Shown here: positions 28,851 to 45,749 of the stretch, piece by piece | Layout of the letters: each line of letters begins with the position of its first letter | Position numbering within the stretch: the stretch's first letter is position 1 | Assembly: GCA_964016885.1 (NCBI GenBank) | Contig: OZ024742.1 | Location: forward strand, 41,416,001 to 41,480,000 | DNA length: 64,000 nucleotides | Direction: 5' to 3' | Source of the DNA: Eledone cirrhosa | Taxonomy: Eukaryota | Program-made: the position numbers and the translations under genes | Notes under the pieces: generated by a model | What the model was told of the DNA's origin: nothing | Database searches by the model: none | The model's input: only the letters and a program-made list of their open reading frames with translations

Positions 28851-30179
28851 GTGATGGCCTCGGGTTTGCAAAGGGCAAAGGTTTGATATGTGTGAAAATA
28901 TGCGTAAAATGTAGAAATGGATGTCGTGTTTCCGTGTGAAGAAAATAAAAATGTTTAAGTGTGCAGAAATAAATAAACAAACAGATAAAGTAATGGAGAG
29001 AGGGTGCCCCAAAGTTATTGGAAGAACTTGAAATCTGAAAGCAGTGGAAATAAATCCATCCCGTTTATGGATCATGACCCAAATCGTAAAGTTTTCCTGC
29101 TGTTTGTTCTGGGTAAAGCTTAAGAGTTACCGCATGAATTTGGAGCTGTTCCTTTATGCTCAATAATGATTTCTTAACCATTAAAAGTTTGAAACCAGTG
29201 ATTATTATAATGTACAGTTCTAAATCTAATCTTGTATCTAATACTACATGGTAAGACTTAGAATACTTATAAAATGTTTAAAATAGGCATTACAAATACT
29301 TCACCAGACTGAGAATACCAAACACTGAGTCATGGCACCTGCCTCATCGATTTGTGCAGCTCTAAAATTTCCATAAAATAAACCTTGTCTGAAACATGCC
29401 CCATTCTATATTTCTTGCTATTTTCTAAGCTAGTTTGATGACGGCAGATATAACAACAATGGAAAGACTAAAGGAAACATTGTTTCCTTAGTCCAATCTG
29501 ATAATCAGCTTCTTTCCTTTGATGACCATAACCAATTCATGAGTTCAAGACTACTAAATTTAGCATGTTATTGTTGTTCTCGTGCATTAACACCAAATAA
29601 ACGCTTATTGATTAAACCTATACTCAGAAGCATTCCACTTCATCCCTTTTTTTAAAGACATACTGTATTTAAGACATTATCCATTGCCATATTAAAAAAG
29701 GTGATTTAAGGGAGATTTGGCTGCTATTTCTAATCAAGTAAGTGTAACCACACACACGGAGAAATGTAGACAATCAAATATGTAAATAGACAAATAGACA
29801 TGATGCCTATAATCTGGAAAGAGGCAGGCATATATCGATATTTAAGTAGAGAGATTTGTAACGAGTATGCCCCCTCCCCATATATAAAGTCTATAAAAGA
29901 AAAAAAATACATTCAATTTGAATAAAATGGTGCTTCTACTTCGCCCGATGCTCTAAGCGTGTACTTATTTTGCCTTGTGGTTAATCCAGTCTTGTATGCA
30001 TTATATATAGATGAATGGTCTTATTAATTTACTTGTTTCAGTCATTGAAATGTATTAAGAACGTCTACAAATTATATTTACAAAAAATTATATGATGTAT
30101 AATCAGAGAATGAATGAAAATATATCAAATCGAAAAGCTCTCACATAAAGCCTTATTAAAAATACCAAAACAATGAATG

Positions 30180-30260
<81 letters not shown>

Positions 30261-31169
30261 AGAACTCACCCTAAAATCAAAAATTGCATGTCTGAAATAA
30301 CATATCCAGTCGCTTCACATCTGTACCATTTTATTCCACGAGACTAACACATTGAACACTTGCAGTACTAGTAGTAGCCGTAGTAGTGTTTATTGTTGTT
30401 GTTGGTTTAAATGCTGTGGTTAGAAGCAGAGAAGAATTCAGGAAATAGTTTCGAAAAAAAAAGATTCGTACAACGATGACGTTGGTAGATATAATAAAAC
30501 CAAAGAGGGGAAGAATCGGGCAAACCAAAGCTTGAAACTGCCTTCTGTATTAGGAAAGAATGGGAGTTGTTAAAAGGAACAAAAGGGGCGGAGAGAAAGA
30601 CATTGACAAAGTAATAACGAAGAAGCAGATGTGGGGAGGTAATTGTAAAGCGAACACAAACGCTTTGTATTTGACCCTTTCATAACGGGAAAATACTACT
30701 AATAATGCTTTCTTTCTAAACGCTGTTATTATTCGGTGAATTGTCACTTATAGTTCCTTCTGAAAGTAAGGACCATTTATGTCTTAAGGATAATATTGGT
30801 TTTGATGTTTAATAATAATCTTTAAAATTCTTTGTTTATTTATTTGTATATATGTATGTATTTATTTGATATTTATTTTAGTTCTTTTCAGAATTCAAGC
30901 CGGTTACTAACAAAGTGACAATACTTTTTTTTGTTTGAATCAAGAGAGTTCCAGGGATTTGTGAATGAATGAGCTAGTGTATGATTATATGTATGAGTCA
31001 GCTAGTGTGTATATATAGGTGTATATATGTCAGTGTATGAGTTAGCTAGTGTATGTATGTTGATATATTACTTGCACCTCTGTAATAAGTGTGCATGTAT
31101 GTGTGCACGTTTGTTTGGGTGTATGCGTGTGGTATGCATGTATGTAGTTGTGTGTATATATTTGTTTCA

Positions 31170-32250
31170 AGAAACTCAGATCTTTGGAATATCTTGGAAG
31201 TCTTCACTTTACCACTAATCAATTGGATTTGGAAGATGTAAGTTAGTTTGATTTGTTCGTTCTTGGAAAATCCCAGCATTTCCAGGCATTTGTGTAAATA
31301 TGTAGTTATATAGCCCAGTGCACCTATGATAATAAGCACAAATGTAAATCTAATGTCAGAATGCACGAGCTGTAAATTCTGCATTAGGTCACCCTAGAGG
31401 TTTTTTTTCTTTTTTCCCTCAATCTTATATGATATATTCTTATCCTCTGGGCAGTTCACCTCTATAACAATGCAAGTTTCTGTTCCTTGTCCCATAGAAC
31501 TAATAATGTCTGTTGAATTTGTGCTGGATTGTTGGTTTTATTCTGGTTCTGATGTGTTTTGGGGACGATCATATGGGCAATTCTTCCTGCAGGTAGCATT
31601 GGAAATACTTTAGACAATTATGTTTTGTCTCATGAGAAGGTAGTACCTTGCAGATATTTTGGGGACAGTTTCTGATGTTGTGAGTGATATCTTCCATATT
31701 GGCACAGTATAGGTGTTTAGAGACATCTTTATATCTTTTATTGATCATTTGTTTAAGAACTATCTCCTGTGCCTTCATAGCAAGGCTGTTTCTTTCAGGT
31801 AGGATATGATGTATCCATCTCAGGTCCAAAAGAGACTAATTTTTTCCTGTTAACTCTGTTGATATCTTCTAGCTTGTGGGATATGTACCAATGCATTGCT
31901 TTCTGCTAGTATGGTGATTGCTAGTGCTTCTCTTCATCATTTCTGTTTAAGTAAGTTAGTTCAGCTACCTTTGAATAACATAGAACAGTTGCTGCTATCA
32001 CTGCTGAGTACACTTATGATGTACTTATTTCTCCATTTACTGTTCATTGGGTGTTATTCGAGTGATACAATGTGACAATGGCCATTTGGATAGATTTTAT
32101 GCTTCTTTCTCCATTCCTCCATTTAACAAAGATCCTGTCACTGTCACTGTTGATGCACAAAAGATCTATATATTCGGCCATCTTACAATGGATTGCTATC
32201 ATAATGCCATAAACATGTACAGCCAGTGATGTGCAGAAACAGAAGAAACT
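31170..32250 (-). mobile_element. Degenerate RLE-type LINE 3' part (R4/NeSL-like)
   Basis: YCANMEDITHNIRNCP (CCHC remnant) and FVLIIIGALGYIT. Confidence 0.6.
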
Positions 32251-32312
32251 GCTAAGTATGGCACATGCTATATTGGATATAGGAGATTAGTTGTGACATG
32301 GATGAGATAGGT

Positions 32313-33040
32313 TGCATCATCATCAGGTCGAGCTTGCTCGGCTTTCTACGACACATTTCCTCCATCCATCTCTGTCTCTCATAGCGTTTGCCAGTTCTTC
32401 CACAGTGCATCCAGTATCGTCCTCAAGTTGCTTGACGTATGTCTTCTTGGGACAACCAGCGTTTCTTGCTCCATGAGATGGACTCCATAACACATCACCT
32501 GCTATTTCTTCCTTGCTGCACCAATAGTGGCCAGCAAATCTGAGTCTCTGTCCACGTATTGACCTGCTGATAGGTGGTATATTGCCATAGAGATCCTTAT
32601 TTGTTGGGTGTTCCCTCCAAGACACGTTTAAAGCAGCACGGAGCATACGTGTGTATGCCCCGTCTAGCGTTTTCTCCAGTTTCGACGTTAGCGTCCAAGT
32701 GATAGAGCCATAAACAAGCACAGATTCCACAGCAGCTCTGAAGAAATTCCTATTCAGTTTGGCCGGCAGGTTTGATTTCCATATTTTTTCCATTGCATTC
32801 AATGCTCCCCAGGCTTTTCCCAGTCTGATGTTAACATCATGTTCTGTGGAGGCGATATAGCTACCCAGGTATTTGAAGTCGTCAACTTGCTTGATTATAA
32901 TCGCCGTTTAGACTTTGCATACCAACTGAGGAGTCTTGGTTCAGGCAAATATATTCTGTTTTGCCTGTGTTGACATGGAGTCCGATTTCCTTTGCAACTG
33001 ATTCGATGCTGTGAAGTAGTGATGCTGCATCCTTAAGGTA
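32313..33040 (-). mobile_element. RTE-type LINE RT C-terminal fragment
   Basis: [39 protein letters not shown] and a (GAT)n tail. Confidence 0.85.
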
Positions 33041-33689
33041 GATTTAGTTTTGTCTTATTAGAGCATTTTGTGAATAATGAGCCATCTGGGTTTTCCATAT
33101 GGGTAAGCTCCTTAAACTGCCAGAAAACAGCACAATAAGATCATTGTCAGCTAGTGGGAAACCCATGACATTCACCATACTTGAACAGTAAAGGGATCCA
33201 CTTACCTCCCCAACCATCACTTGCTGAAGCCCAGAGTAGTATTCACCTTCAGGCCACCCAGGCACAGGGTTTGCACAGCGCTAATGAAGAAGTTGAATGT
33301 GACAATGCTCTTTTCTCTGGAGTCAATCGGATTCTCCAGAGTTGATGGCAAAACGCCTTGGGTTCTTGGGTTAGATGGAAATGCCTCATTTGAGACGAAG
33401 GCGGGAGTTACTATATCTATAACCTGGAATTATTGGCAAACTATAATTTTCAAGTGACATTCGAGTCAATTGAGGGAGCTGGGCCGCTTACATAAGTTTT
33501 TTTTAAAAATCATTTTCTTTGCAGCTCTCCTTGCCGACATATCAGGTAATGTTTATAAGAATGCTTGGCTATCCAGAGCCTTTTTCTGTTTTTCTTATCT
33601 GTCCTTTTCGCCGATTATTTTCTTACAACAAACTATTTTGATAATCAACCATAATAATATGCCATGTGCGTTTGTATATATATATTTCT

Positions 33690-34272
33690 TCTTTCTTCTT
33701 CTTTGCCCACTTATTCCTGAGAGGGTCGTGGGGGCAGAGTCCTCAAACACTCCCTTCAGTGGGTCCTGTCAGAAGTAACCATTTCCAACTGATTCGACTG
33801 GATCCCCAAGCATGACCAGTCAAGCTCGTGGATGTTATCCAACAATTTTGCTCGTGGTCTACACCTGGGTCTCTTGCGGGTTAGTTTTGCCCGTAAAATA
33901 TGTCCAGCGATTCTTCCCTGAGACATTCTAACCACATGCCCACAGTATCGGCGTTGTGATCTCTCAATTTGGCGAAGTAACGGCTCTAGCTAGAGTGACC
34001 CTCTGATCTCTGAGCTATGGACTTTATCGAATAACGTTACTTCGGTCATTACCCAAGATTCATGACCATAGGTAAGGGTTTGCCCGAAAACCGAATTGAA
34101 GATAGCGAGTTTGGCTTTTACGCCTACCTCCCTTCTTCTGAATACTGAATGCTGAAACTGGTGCATTACTGCACCAGCTTTTGCAATTCTTGCACTTAAT
34201 TCAGCCTCCTGCCTTCCATCACTCGTGAACACGACACCAAGATACTTGAACTTCTCCACCTACTTCAGTGGA
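33690..34272 (-). mobile_element. RTE LINE 3' fragment
   Basis: EKFKYLGVVFTSDG..TLTYGHESW. Confidence 0.8.
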
Positions 34273-34276
34273 TATA

Positions 34277-34347
<71 letters not shown>

Positions 34348-34820
34348 TATATATATATATATATTGAACAATGAAAACAAAAGGTGAAATTTAGTGCTTA
34401 AGCTTCGCCTTTTGTTTTCATTGTTCAACATATATATGAGTCTGTAGCTCGTTTGAATTCTCAACGAAATCCCATATGATAGCCTACTAAAAGAACAAAT
34501 TTTACTTCTGGAATCCAGGATTAGTATGACATATATACTAAGATTACTAATTATATGAACAATCACACAAATTGCATTATCTTAAATTGTTCCAAAATAC
34601 TTGGACTAGTCAATACTATTGGAATTCTTGCTTCTGCTTGCTTTCTAACACCTGGCCGAACCTAAAGGGATTTTCGTTTTAGATATAACGAGGATTGTTT
34701 TTGTTGATTGAAGTACCAGATCCAACGAATGATTTAAAGGATTTTTAGTTGGTGGAAGAAAGTAGTGCAGTCAAATAAAGAAACATTGAAGTTTTTAGGA
34801 GAAGCTGGATTTGATGCAAT

Positions 34821-36175
34821 TATAGCGGGAGTACTGGGTTGTATGAATGTAACAAGGAATACGTTGTTTGTGTGTATAATATTTAATTAACAATGGTAGA
34901 TAGTATAGTTGAAATGTCAAAGAAATAGATGATAGAATGAAACAAAGTTAGTCGTTACCGTTTTGATTGCCAGGCAAACGCGGCTGGCAGAGGACGCCTG
35001 GCTAAAGCCAGGGCGCCGGAAAGGCAATGAGAGAGTGAGAACTTAAAGTTGTTAGTTTTATAGGGTTCTGACCGGAAGTTGCAGAAAGGGTTCTACTTCC
35101 CGTCTAGGTCTTAATCCAAACAAGGGAGACAACCGCTACATAACCTCCCGCCAGAATTTTAGTGTATAAAAATCGAAATGAAAATATGTAGCAAGTTGGC
35201 GAGAATGTTGTAACAGGCATGAAAATTACGACAAAAGAATGTTTGCAAAAATCAATGATAGATATCAAGGTAGCCAACCGCTCTTGGCCAGAGAACGACT
35301 GGACATCTATCTATCCATCACCCAAAGATACAATGTAATAAAGTAAGAGAAGAGCTCAAAGTTCAAATGTACAAAATAAAGTTCACAGGTGTGCAATCAC
35401 TTGACAGCAGGAAAGAAAGTGTGTTCCAGAGAATGAATGCAGGTGGTTTCTGTTCTGTGGTATATCGTGAAATTTCCAACCTCCGAATGGATTTTCTCAC
35501 AGGAAGAGTGCTGCAAAAATAAATTCTCTGGCTTTGGTTGTTGGTGAAGCTGTGTTGATGTATTGCTGTTGCTGTTGCTGTTATATTGCTGTTGCTGTTG
35601 CTGCTGCTGTTGTCTCGCTGAGTGAACGTATTCGGTGTTTAAATTCACAGTAAAAAAAATTTTTTTAGAAAAAAAAATGAGTTGCGCAAAGTGCTAGAAA
35701 AGGCAGCCAAAGTTGATGGTCGATGTTGAGAATGCGTTGACCTGGAAGGGTCAAGAGGCCAGCGACCAGAGAAATAAGCATTCTTAATAAATGCGCGGTT
35801 ATCAACGGTAAATTTACATTGTAAATTTATAAACCGGCAAATAGAAGAATATAGCTTAAGGCTGAATAATCCTTGGCGAGAAATGTTATCTCTGGCGTGC
35901 GGCTATGTCTGTGAGTAGAGACATCTCTGTGAATCGAGAATTTGTGCTGCCTACACGTGCCAATACAAGGTTGAAAAAAATAATATTTCTAACGCGCGAG
36001 AAAATGATAGTGCAATTTTGAAAGTGACAATGATGAAAAAGAAAGGCTTCACTCAGCATAATTATTGGTGTGAACTTTTGGAAAAAAAAAACTTGAACGA
36101 TGAAGAAAACGATGAACAAAAAGGCAATGGTTCATCGAAAATAAATGTTCCTGTTGAAATGTTTTTTTAGAGAAT

Positions 36176-36206
<31 letters not shown>

Positions 36207-36800
36207 GTGTTTTGAAAGAGTTCGTTGTAAGAAACGAGAAACATGTATATATATCGTGAAATGCGACAGTTAGTTGATGCGTGAGAGAAAAAGTCTGTCT
36301 GTGCGAATTCCACATGTGCGTGTGTGCGTGTCCTTGAGTATTTTCATAGTTTGTCGATAAATTTGCTGTGTATTCGTAATGTTACTCACACAAAACCAGA
36401 TGTGCTATTTTTTTATTTTTTGGGGGTGACCACTTATAGCGATGAACGGCTGCGTGTTCGTATCACGTCAGGGTTACCAATATAGTTACCGTACTAGGTT
36501 GTATGAATGTAACAAGGAATACATTGTTTGTGTGTATAATATTTAATTAACAATGGTAGATAGTATAGTTGAAATGTCAAAGAAATAGATGATAGAATGA
36601 AACAAAGTTAGTCGTTACCGTTTTGATTGCCAGGCAAACGCGGCTGGCAGAGGACGCCTGGCTAAAGCCAGGGCGCCGGAAAGGCAACGAGAGAGTGAGA
36701 ACTTAAAGTTGTTAGTTTTATAGGGTTCTGACCGGAAGTTGCAGAAAGGGTTCTACTTCCCGTCTAGGTCTTAATCCAAACAAGGGAGACAACCGCTACA
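34821..36800 (-). mobile_element. Non-autonomous LTR retrotransposon (Gypsy-type signals)
   Basis: 320 bp LTRs at 34821-35140 and 36481-36800 and a 4 bp TSD CAAT. PBS TGGTAACCCTGACGTGAT (tRNA-Trp-like) at 36462-36479; PPT-like GGCGGGAGG next to the 3' LTR; no gag or pol. Confidence 0.88.
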
Positions 36801-36924
36801 CAATTATAGATGATAACGTCTTGGAATTGATTGTTGTTAAGAAAGGAGAAGAAAAAAAAACGTTCTACTGAAGAATGAGTAGATTTGACAAGATAACTGG
36901 ACATACAAGAAGAATGAAGACTGT

Positions 36925-37075
36925 GTTTTAAGTTATTTCTAATTTAGGCCAACAGTTTTTAGGAAAAGGAAAAGTCGATTATACCGACCTCCAGTACTTT
37001 ACTGGCGTTTTATCGACTCCAGAAGGATGAAAGGCAAAGTTGACCTTGGCGAGATTTGAAACCAGAACGTAGAGG
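36925..37075 (-). mobile_element. Nin-domain SINE copy
   Basis: GGATGAAAGGCAAAGTTGACCTTGGCGAGATTTGAA; the same family recurs at ~26395, 43680, 51100, 54165 and 56080. Confidence 0.65.
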
Positions 37076-37250
37076 CTTTCAGCGAAATATATAGTTGAAG
37101 GATACGACAAAACAGAGGTACAAAAGGTCTTATTAGTTTCACGCTTTATATGGAAAAGGGGGAAAGAAAGGTCGACGTGTCGGCCTTTAGCCCTTCTTCA
37201 GGAGTACAAAAAAAAAGACAGGATCACAAAGGATAGATACAGAAAAAAAA

Positions 37251-39766
37251 TCTATATATCTTTATATATATAAAAGCGAGGATGTGTGTGTGTCTGTACA
37301 ACTTTGGATACCTAACGAATTACCAACCGAATTTGACCAAATTTTCTGTGCACGTTGCACAGGTCGCTAAGATGGTCACATCACAAACATTTTTCCAATC
37401 GACCCACGTTGAGCAATAAAAAATCGATATCAAAATTATCGGTAGCAAAATTGATGTAAGGGAGATAACCAACTTTATTGACAATCCTTATAAAAAAGGG
37501 AGATAACCAACTTTATTGACAATCCTTATAAAGAGAGTGAGATATGGAGACCTTCGTTTTCAATTTTAAAACAACAATCATCGTCGGACGAAATTTCAGA
37601 AATATAAACATCAGATTCATTTGAAGATAAATCACTAATATTATCGTTTGTTTCTTGTTTATTCTTTGTTGCACTTTCAAAGTTAAAAAAACACTTGTTG
37701 TTTTAACTTGTTTCACTATATTAAGTGTTAATTTTCGCGTTAAGGGCCTAATCCCGCAGCAGTCTCGAATTGACGAGATTTTGATGATGGTTTGTTTATT
37801 TTTAGAACATTCGTTATGGGACTTTCCATTCAAACCATTGGGACCTACAGCTTTTATATTTTTAAAACTTTCATAAGCCATATTGATACAAAAAAAATTT
37901 GTTGCACTTTCAAAGTTAAAAAAAACCACTTGTTGTTTTAATTTGTTTCACTATATTAAGTGTTAATTTTCGCGGTAAGGGCCTAATCTCGCAGCAGTCT
38001 CGAATTGACGAAATTTTGATGATGGTTTGTTTATTTTTAGAACAATCCTTATGGGACTTTCCATTCAAACCATTGGGACCTACAGCTTTTACATTTTTAA
38101 AGTAATTTCGTCCATATTTGAGGCAGGCATTATCTATGCTTCCAGCTGTATTCGTACACATCAAACTTTTTTGACAATGAAGGAACATACTGAACAGGAT
38201 TCTTCCTGGATGTCCACGGATATATAAATCTATTGATACTGTATGTGATCCACGGGATGCGGTCAACTATCCAGTTGAATTTCTAAATTCTTTAAATCCT
38301 CCTGGTTTACCTCCTAATACATTGGTTCTGAAAGAAGGAACGCCAGTTATTTTGCTGAGAAATATCACTCCTCCAAAACTATGCAATGGTACAGGCCTTG
38401 TGGTTAAAAAACTGTCTCCACTTAGTATTGACGCTACCATTCTATCCGGATGTGGAAAAGGCGAGGATGTGATAATAACAAAAATTAGCCTGACTACATC
38501 AGGCGTGGATACTTCCTTCTCCTTTCGCCGAACCCAATTTCCCCTTCGTGTTGCCTTTGCGATGTCCATAAACAAGTCGCAAGGTCAAACTCTGTCCGTC
38601 ACTGGAATTCACTTGGATGAACCTTGCATTTCGCACGGGCAATTCTACGTTGCCTGCTCACGAATTGGCAGTCGAGATAATCTCTTTGCGTTTATTCCGA
38701 AAAGAAAAACAAAGAATATCGTCTATCCTGAAGTGCCTTAGTGTTAACAAAAAGACTTATTACAGCTTTGCCTTGACTTCACCTTACTCATTACAAAACA
38801 TACCAATGAATATGTCATGCAGGATATTTTGGATTATAAGTTCAACATTTAACCATACACAGCAAAGGATGCTCTCAAAGAATAGATTTTCTCTTATTCT
38901 ACTCTCATTGTTTTTTTTTGTTTGTATACAACTCTGCTTTCATTACAACTTTTTGTACTTTAGCAAAACTGCCTGTTTTTTTTTACAGATTTGCAACGTG
39001 TATTGTCTTTAATCATTTGTATAACTACATCCTGTTCAGTGTTTTCCTTCATTATCAACATAGTTTTATGTGTACAAAGATTGCACTAAATATTCGTTTG
39101 CATTAATTATTGAAGACTGTGCATGTTCCACCTGTCGCTAAGATGGTCACATCACAATTTTTTTTCAAATCGACCCACGTTGAGCAATAAAAAATCGATA
39201 GCAAAATTATTTTTTCTAAAGTTCATGATATAAGGGAGATAACAATGAAGACAAAATCCTTAGGGGATTTTCCATGCAAATTAAAAGTTGCAATTACTTT
39301 TACATTTTTCGAACTTTTTTTACCAAATGTGAGGCAGGCATTGCCTATGCCGTCGAGGTAATACAAGAAGATTATTTTTTCTAAAGTGTATGCTGTAAGG
39401 GAGAAATCAATCTAAAAACAATCCTTATGGGACTTTCCATTCAAACCGTTGGGACCTACAACTTTTACATTTTTAAAGTAATTTCGTCCACATTTGAGGC
39501 AGGCATTATCTATGCTTCCAGGATATTGTGAATTTATTAAAAAAAACTATTATTCCAATGAAGAAATCAGTTAAAACAACATTTTCCTTCATTATCAACA
39601 TAGTTTTATGTGTACAAAGATTGCACTAAATATTCGTTTGCATTAATTATTGAAGACTTCTACTTATTTTGACAGGTTGGGGGCAAATAATTTTCTTCTT
39701 TTACTTCCTAGCTGTATATTCTTAGCATAATTTCAAACCCCGGGCAACGCCGGGTAAATCTGCTAG
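37251..39766 (+). mobile_element. Non-autonomous Helitron with a PIF1 helicase C-terminal fragment
   Basis: A|TC 5' end and 3' hairpin CCCGGGCAACGCCGGG followed by CTAG|T. ORF 38322..38741 contains LLRN..LCNGT..QFPLRVAFAMSINKSQGQTL..HGQFYVACSR. Confidence 0.92.
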
Positions 39767-41820
<2,054 letters not shown>

Positions 41821-42145
41821 ATCGTAATTCTTCCTTCAATGACAATAGATACTAATTCCTTAGTCATATAGTTTGTAAGGAATTCTGAACTTGCAACTTT
41901 ACTGCATAGTGTTACTTTGGAAGAACATACAGACATTGCTAAGTACCTCTGCTATGTACAGTAGTATAAGTGAGATCTTTTTATGATAGCAAGCTCGAAC
42001 TGTTAGAAATAGCAGCTAAATTTCTTTCAAATCCCAGTCTACTGTCTCATGTGTATATATATATATGAAGCAAAAAGGAAAGGTTGTATGTGACACCTCG
42101 ATCGACTAGAAATATTAGCAAAATCCATTTTAAATCACATTTAAA

Positions 42146-42258
<113 letters not shown>

Positions 42259-42419
42259 CATGTGTGTGTAAGTATATATGCATGTCATGGAAGCCACTAT
42301 AACTGTTGGTGTACCTAAAAGAAATAGAAAACAAATCTCCCTCAAACAAGATCCTACTGCCATAGAGGTAAAAGTTGGTGAAAGCTACAGAGTAAAATTT
42401 TTTATCAACCGCACTTTGG

Positions 42420-42665
42420 GCCAAGGCGGGTAAACTTTCCAAATATCGGTCGCTCTCCGACAGGTTTGTTGTTGAGCCCATAGCAATGGAGACTTCTGGT
42501 GTCCTTGGCTCCAGGGCTACCTCCCAACTCACCACCATCGACACAAAGTTGGCTACCCGCAGGGGTGAGCCTCGCAAGGCGGAATGGATTTTCCAGCGCG
42601 TCTCCCTCACCATCCTCTATTCCGATCGTCGGGGCTGCTGGACAGCCAGCTTGTGAGCCCCCATT
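42420..42665 (+). mobile_element. CRE-clade LINE C-terminal fragment
   Basis: Translates KYRSLSDRFVVEPIAMETSGVLG..WIFQRVSLTIL, homologous to 26790-26960. Confidence 0.75.
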
Positions 42666-43242
42666 TGCTCATAATAGTGAGTGATGGGGAGATCGGGAGA
42701 GATGGAAGCAGTGACAGTGGGAGTTTGATTCCTGGTGTATATGTATATATTTACCACACTTACACACATTTAAATAAACTTTCCTGAATTACAGAAATGA
42801 GTAAGTAAATTCTTCATTCATTCATAAACCAATGGTAAATTTATTTTTTATTTTATATTATTTATTCTTTTTAAAATAGCCTTCACATTTTGTTTGAATT
42901 TCAGAGGTTCTGATTGTGCAAAAAAAAAAAAGTAAAAGATGAATAAAATCTAAATTTATTTTTTTGATCATGCCGTTTTTACTGACAACATACCTAATGA
43001 TTCTTCCAAGTGCGAAGCATTATATATGCTTACTGTAATAGGGAGCAGTATTAAAAAAATCAACACTGGACAAAACTAATCTCCCGATCTCCCCATCACT
43101 TTAAACAAACGACAATTAATATTCTGCTATAATTCCTATTTTAGTTAAAATTCAGCAATCATATTTCAATGGTCAAATATTGTAACTTTAATAAAATACC
43201 TGGGAATCACTGGGTAGCTCAACTAGTATATATACACACACA

Positions 43243-43454
<212 letters not shown>

Positions 43455-43474
43455 CACACACACACATTTATATA

Positions 43475-43862
43475 GGCATACGTCAATACGGGCGGTCTCA
43501 AAAGTGAAACTAATTTTTGACAATTACGTAAGTGATTACTTTCAATTTGGATTGTGAATTTGTTTGTTTTTTTACAACAGGTCTCTATAGTGATATGGTG
43601 TTAATTAGTATTGCGTGTACGTGATTTTTTTTTTTTTTTTCTTTTTTTGTGTATTGTGTGTACGGAAATTTTTTTAAAAAATAATTGTTTCTACTTTTGG
43701 CACAACGCCAACAATTACCCAGTGTATTACTGGTACTTTATTTTATCGACTATACGTTTGTTGCATATAAAATATAAATTGATGTACCTTATGAAAATCC
43801 TTATTACACCCTATAAATAGCTGAAATACAGTTGATCATCTCGCCAAACTTGTTGGCACCAA
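43475..43862. mobile_element. Truncated copy of the Merlin element left end
   Basis: Matches 55864-56411, including the GGCATACGTCAA terminus. Confidence 0.8.
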
Positions 43863-44758
43863 TTGTGTACATGCATATATATATATATACATCTACAAAT
43901 TCATACAAATGTGTATGTGTGCATGGTGGCTGCCAACTCGTTTTCGAGTACGGCCACTACTTTATATCAATGTAGGAGAACCCCTACTGATGCGCTGAAC
44001 GAGTGTGACTTTTTAGTCCAGCCAGCGACTTGAAAACTCTGGTACAAACACTACACTTGTGACAATTATTGACTCATAGTGCTGGGCCCATGGTACCATG
44101 TGACGACAAGTGCAGAGAGATCTCCAGATATAAAGCAATGCCTGTGCCGTGAAGCTTTTATAGTGAGCAAAGGCACTGCACAAAGCCAGTCCCACTCTCT
44201 TAACCAAGATGATATTTACCAAAAAGAAGAACATGTCAACATCATTGGATACCATCAGAGTTACAGGTGTTATATCAGAGTTTTCCTTCTCCTAGAATTC
44301 TGCCTTGACAAAGGCTAAGGGGTCATCTCTCCCGGTGATTTTGGATGGCCATTGATTCTTAAGAGCTCCTTTGCCCTTTGACAGGTTTTGTTTTTAGTCC
44401 TGCAGGATGTCCAAAGTCACCCTCCTCACCAAGAAACCTTGGTGGGGTTGCCAGTTTAGTCGTATGTATATATATATTTATGTGTGCATAAATATATATA
44501 TACATACACATATATATACAGACACATATATATACACACAAACACACATATATATATACACACAAACACATATATACACACAAACATATATATACGTCTA
44601 AACCCATGCTTGCGTGGAAGATAGACGTTAAACGATGATGATGACACAAACATATATATATACAAACACACATATATATATATATACATACACACACACA
44701 TATATACACACATATACACACCCACACATATATATATATTAACTGTCAAAAATTAGTT

Positions 44759-44804
<46 letters not shown>

Positions 44805-44805
<1 letters not shown>

Positions 44806-45749
44806 TAGCTGAATTACCCGGCGTTGCCCGGGTTACTGCTGTTCAGATTAGTAAACAATATATATTTTATTTAAAAAATATCAAAATTGTAATGATAATA
44901 GAATTTAGAAATGAAAATCTGTCTATCTTGAGGCACCTTAGAGTAAACAATATTCATTGTGTAATTTGTTGTTGGTGTCCAAATGAAGAAATTGTTGCTA
45001 CACACTCACACGCATACACTCTCATATACATATACTAAGACAGACACACACAGACATACATTCACGCAGACACACGCATAGCTTTTCACTTCATTTTTGG
45101 TCAGTTGATACACATGTGTAGATGTGTGTATGTGTGTGTATTAAATCACGTACCTAATGAACGCGCACACACACACTCACATACACATACATATTCATAA
45201 ACAAAATGTGACAAAGGTGTGTTGTTTTCTATTGTTTAAATGCAAATGAAAATAAAAATTATCACACATACACTCACACACACATACACTCACACACTTA
45301 CACTCGCACACACACTCACATACATATACTAACACAGACACACACATACATACATTCACGCACACCTGTCTGCCATCACATATGTATCTGTATGTGTAGA
45401 TGTGTGTGTGTTTAATTGCTTGTGTGTGAAGATAATGTGTATGCAACTTACATAGTAACGAACTCGCAAACACACACATACTCACAGACACATACGCACT
45501 CATACAAAATGTGACTTGTCGTTGTTGTTGTAGTGGTGATGGTGGTAGTGGTGGTGATTAACTATAGTTCACTATAGAAATATTATTTCAGGTAAAATAT
45601 TATATTATTTTAACCCAAATGAAAATAAAAATTACTTGTTGATACTCCCGGGGTCTAATACGATTACCTTGTAAAATTTGATTTGATTTGGTCCAGCCGT
45701 TTGAGAATGCATAGGAACAGACAGATAGAGACAAAGAATTTTATATATA
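44805..45749 (-). mobile_element. Non-coding Helitron
   Basis: CTAG at 44805 with hairpin ACCCGGCGTTGCCCGGGT. Confidence 0.75.

Noticed and set aside
28900-31000. Possible host exons in non-repetitive sequence
   Set aside because: No recognisable protein motif or consistent splice and frame pattern was found.
33300-33440. Possible HDV-like ribozyme in an RTE 5' UTR
   Set aside because: The nested double pseudoknot could not be assigned by eye.
37168-37205. Minus-strand CTGAAGA..GACACGTC hammerhead-like string
   Set aside because: The GAAA core is mutated and the stems are poor; at most a dead relic.
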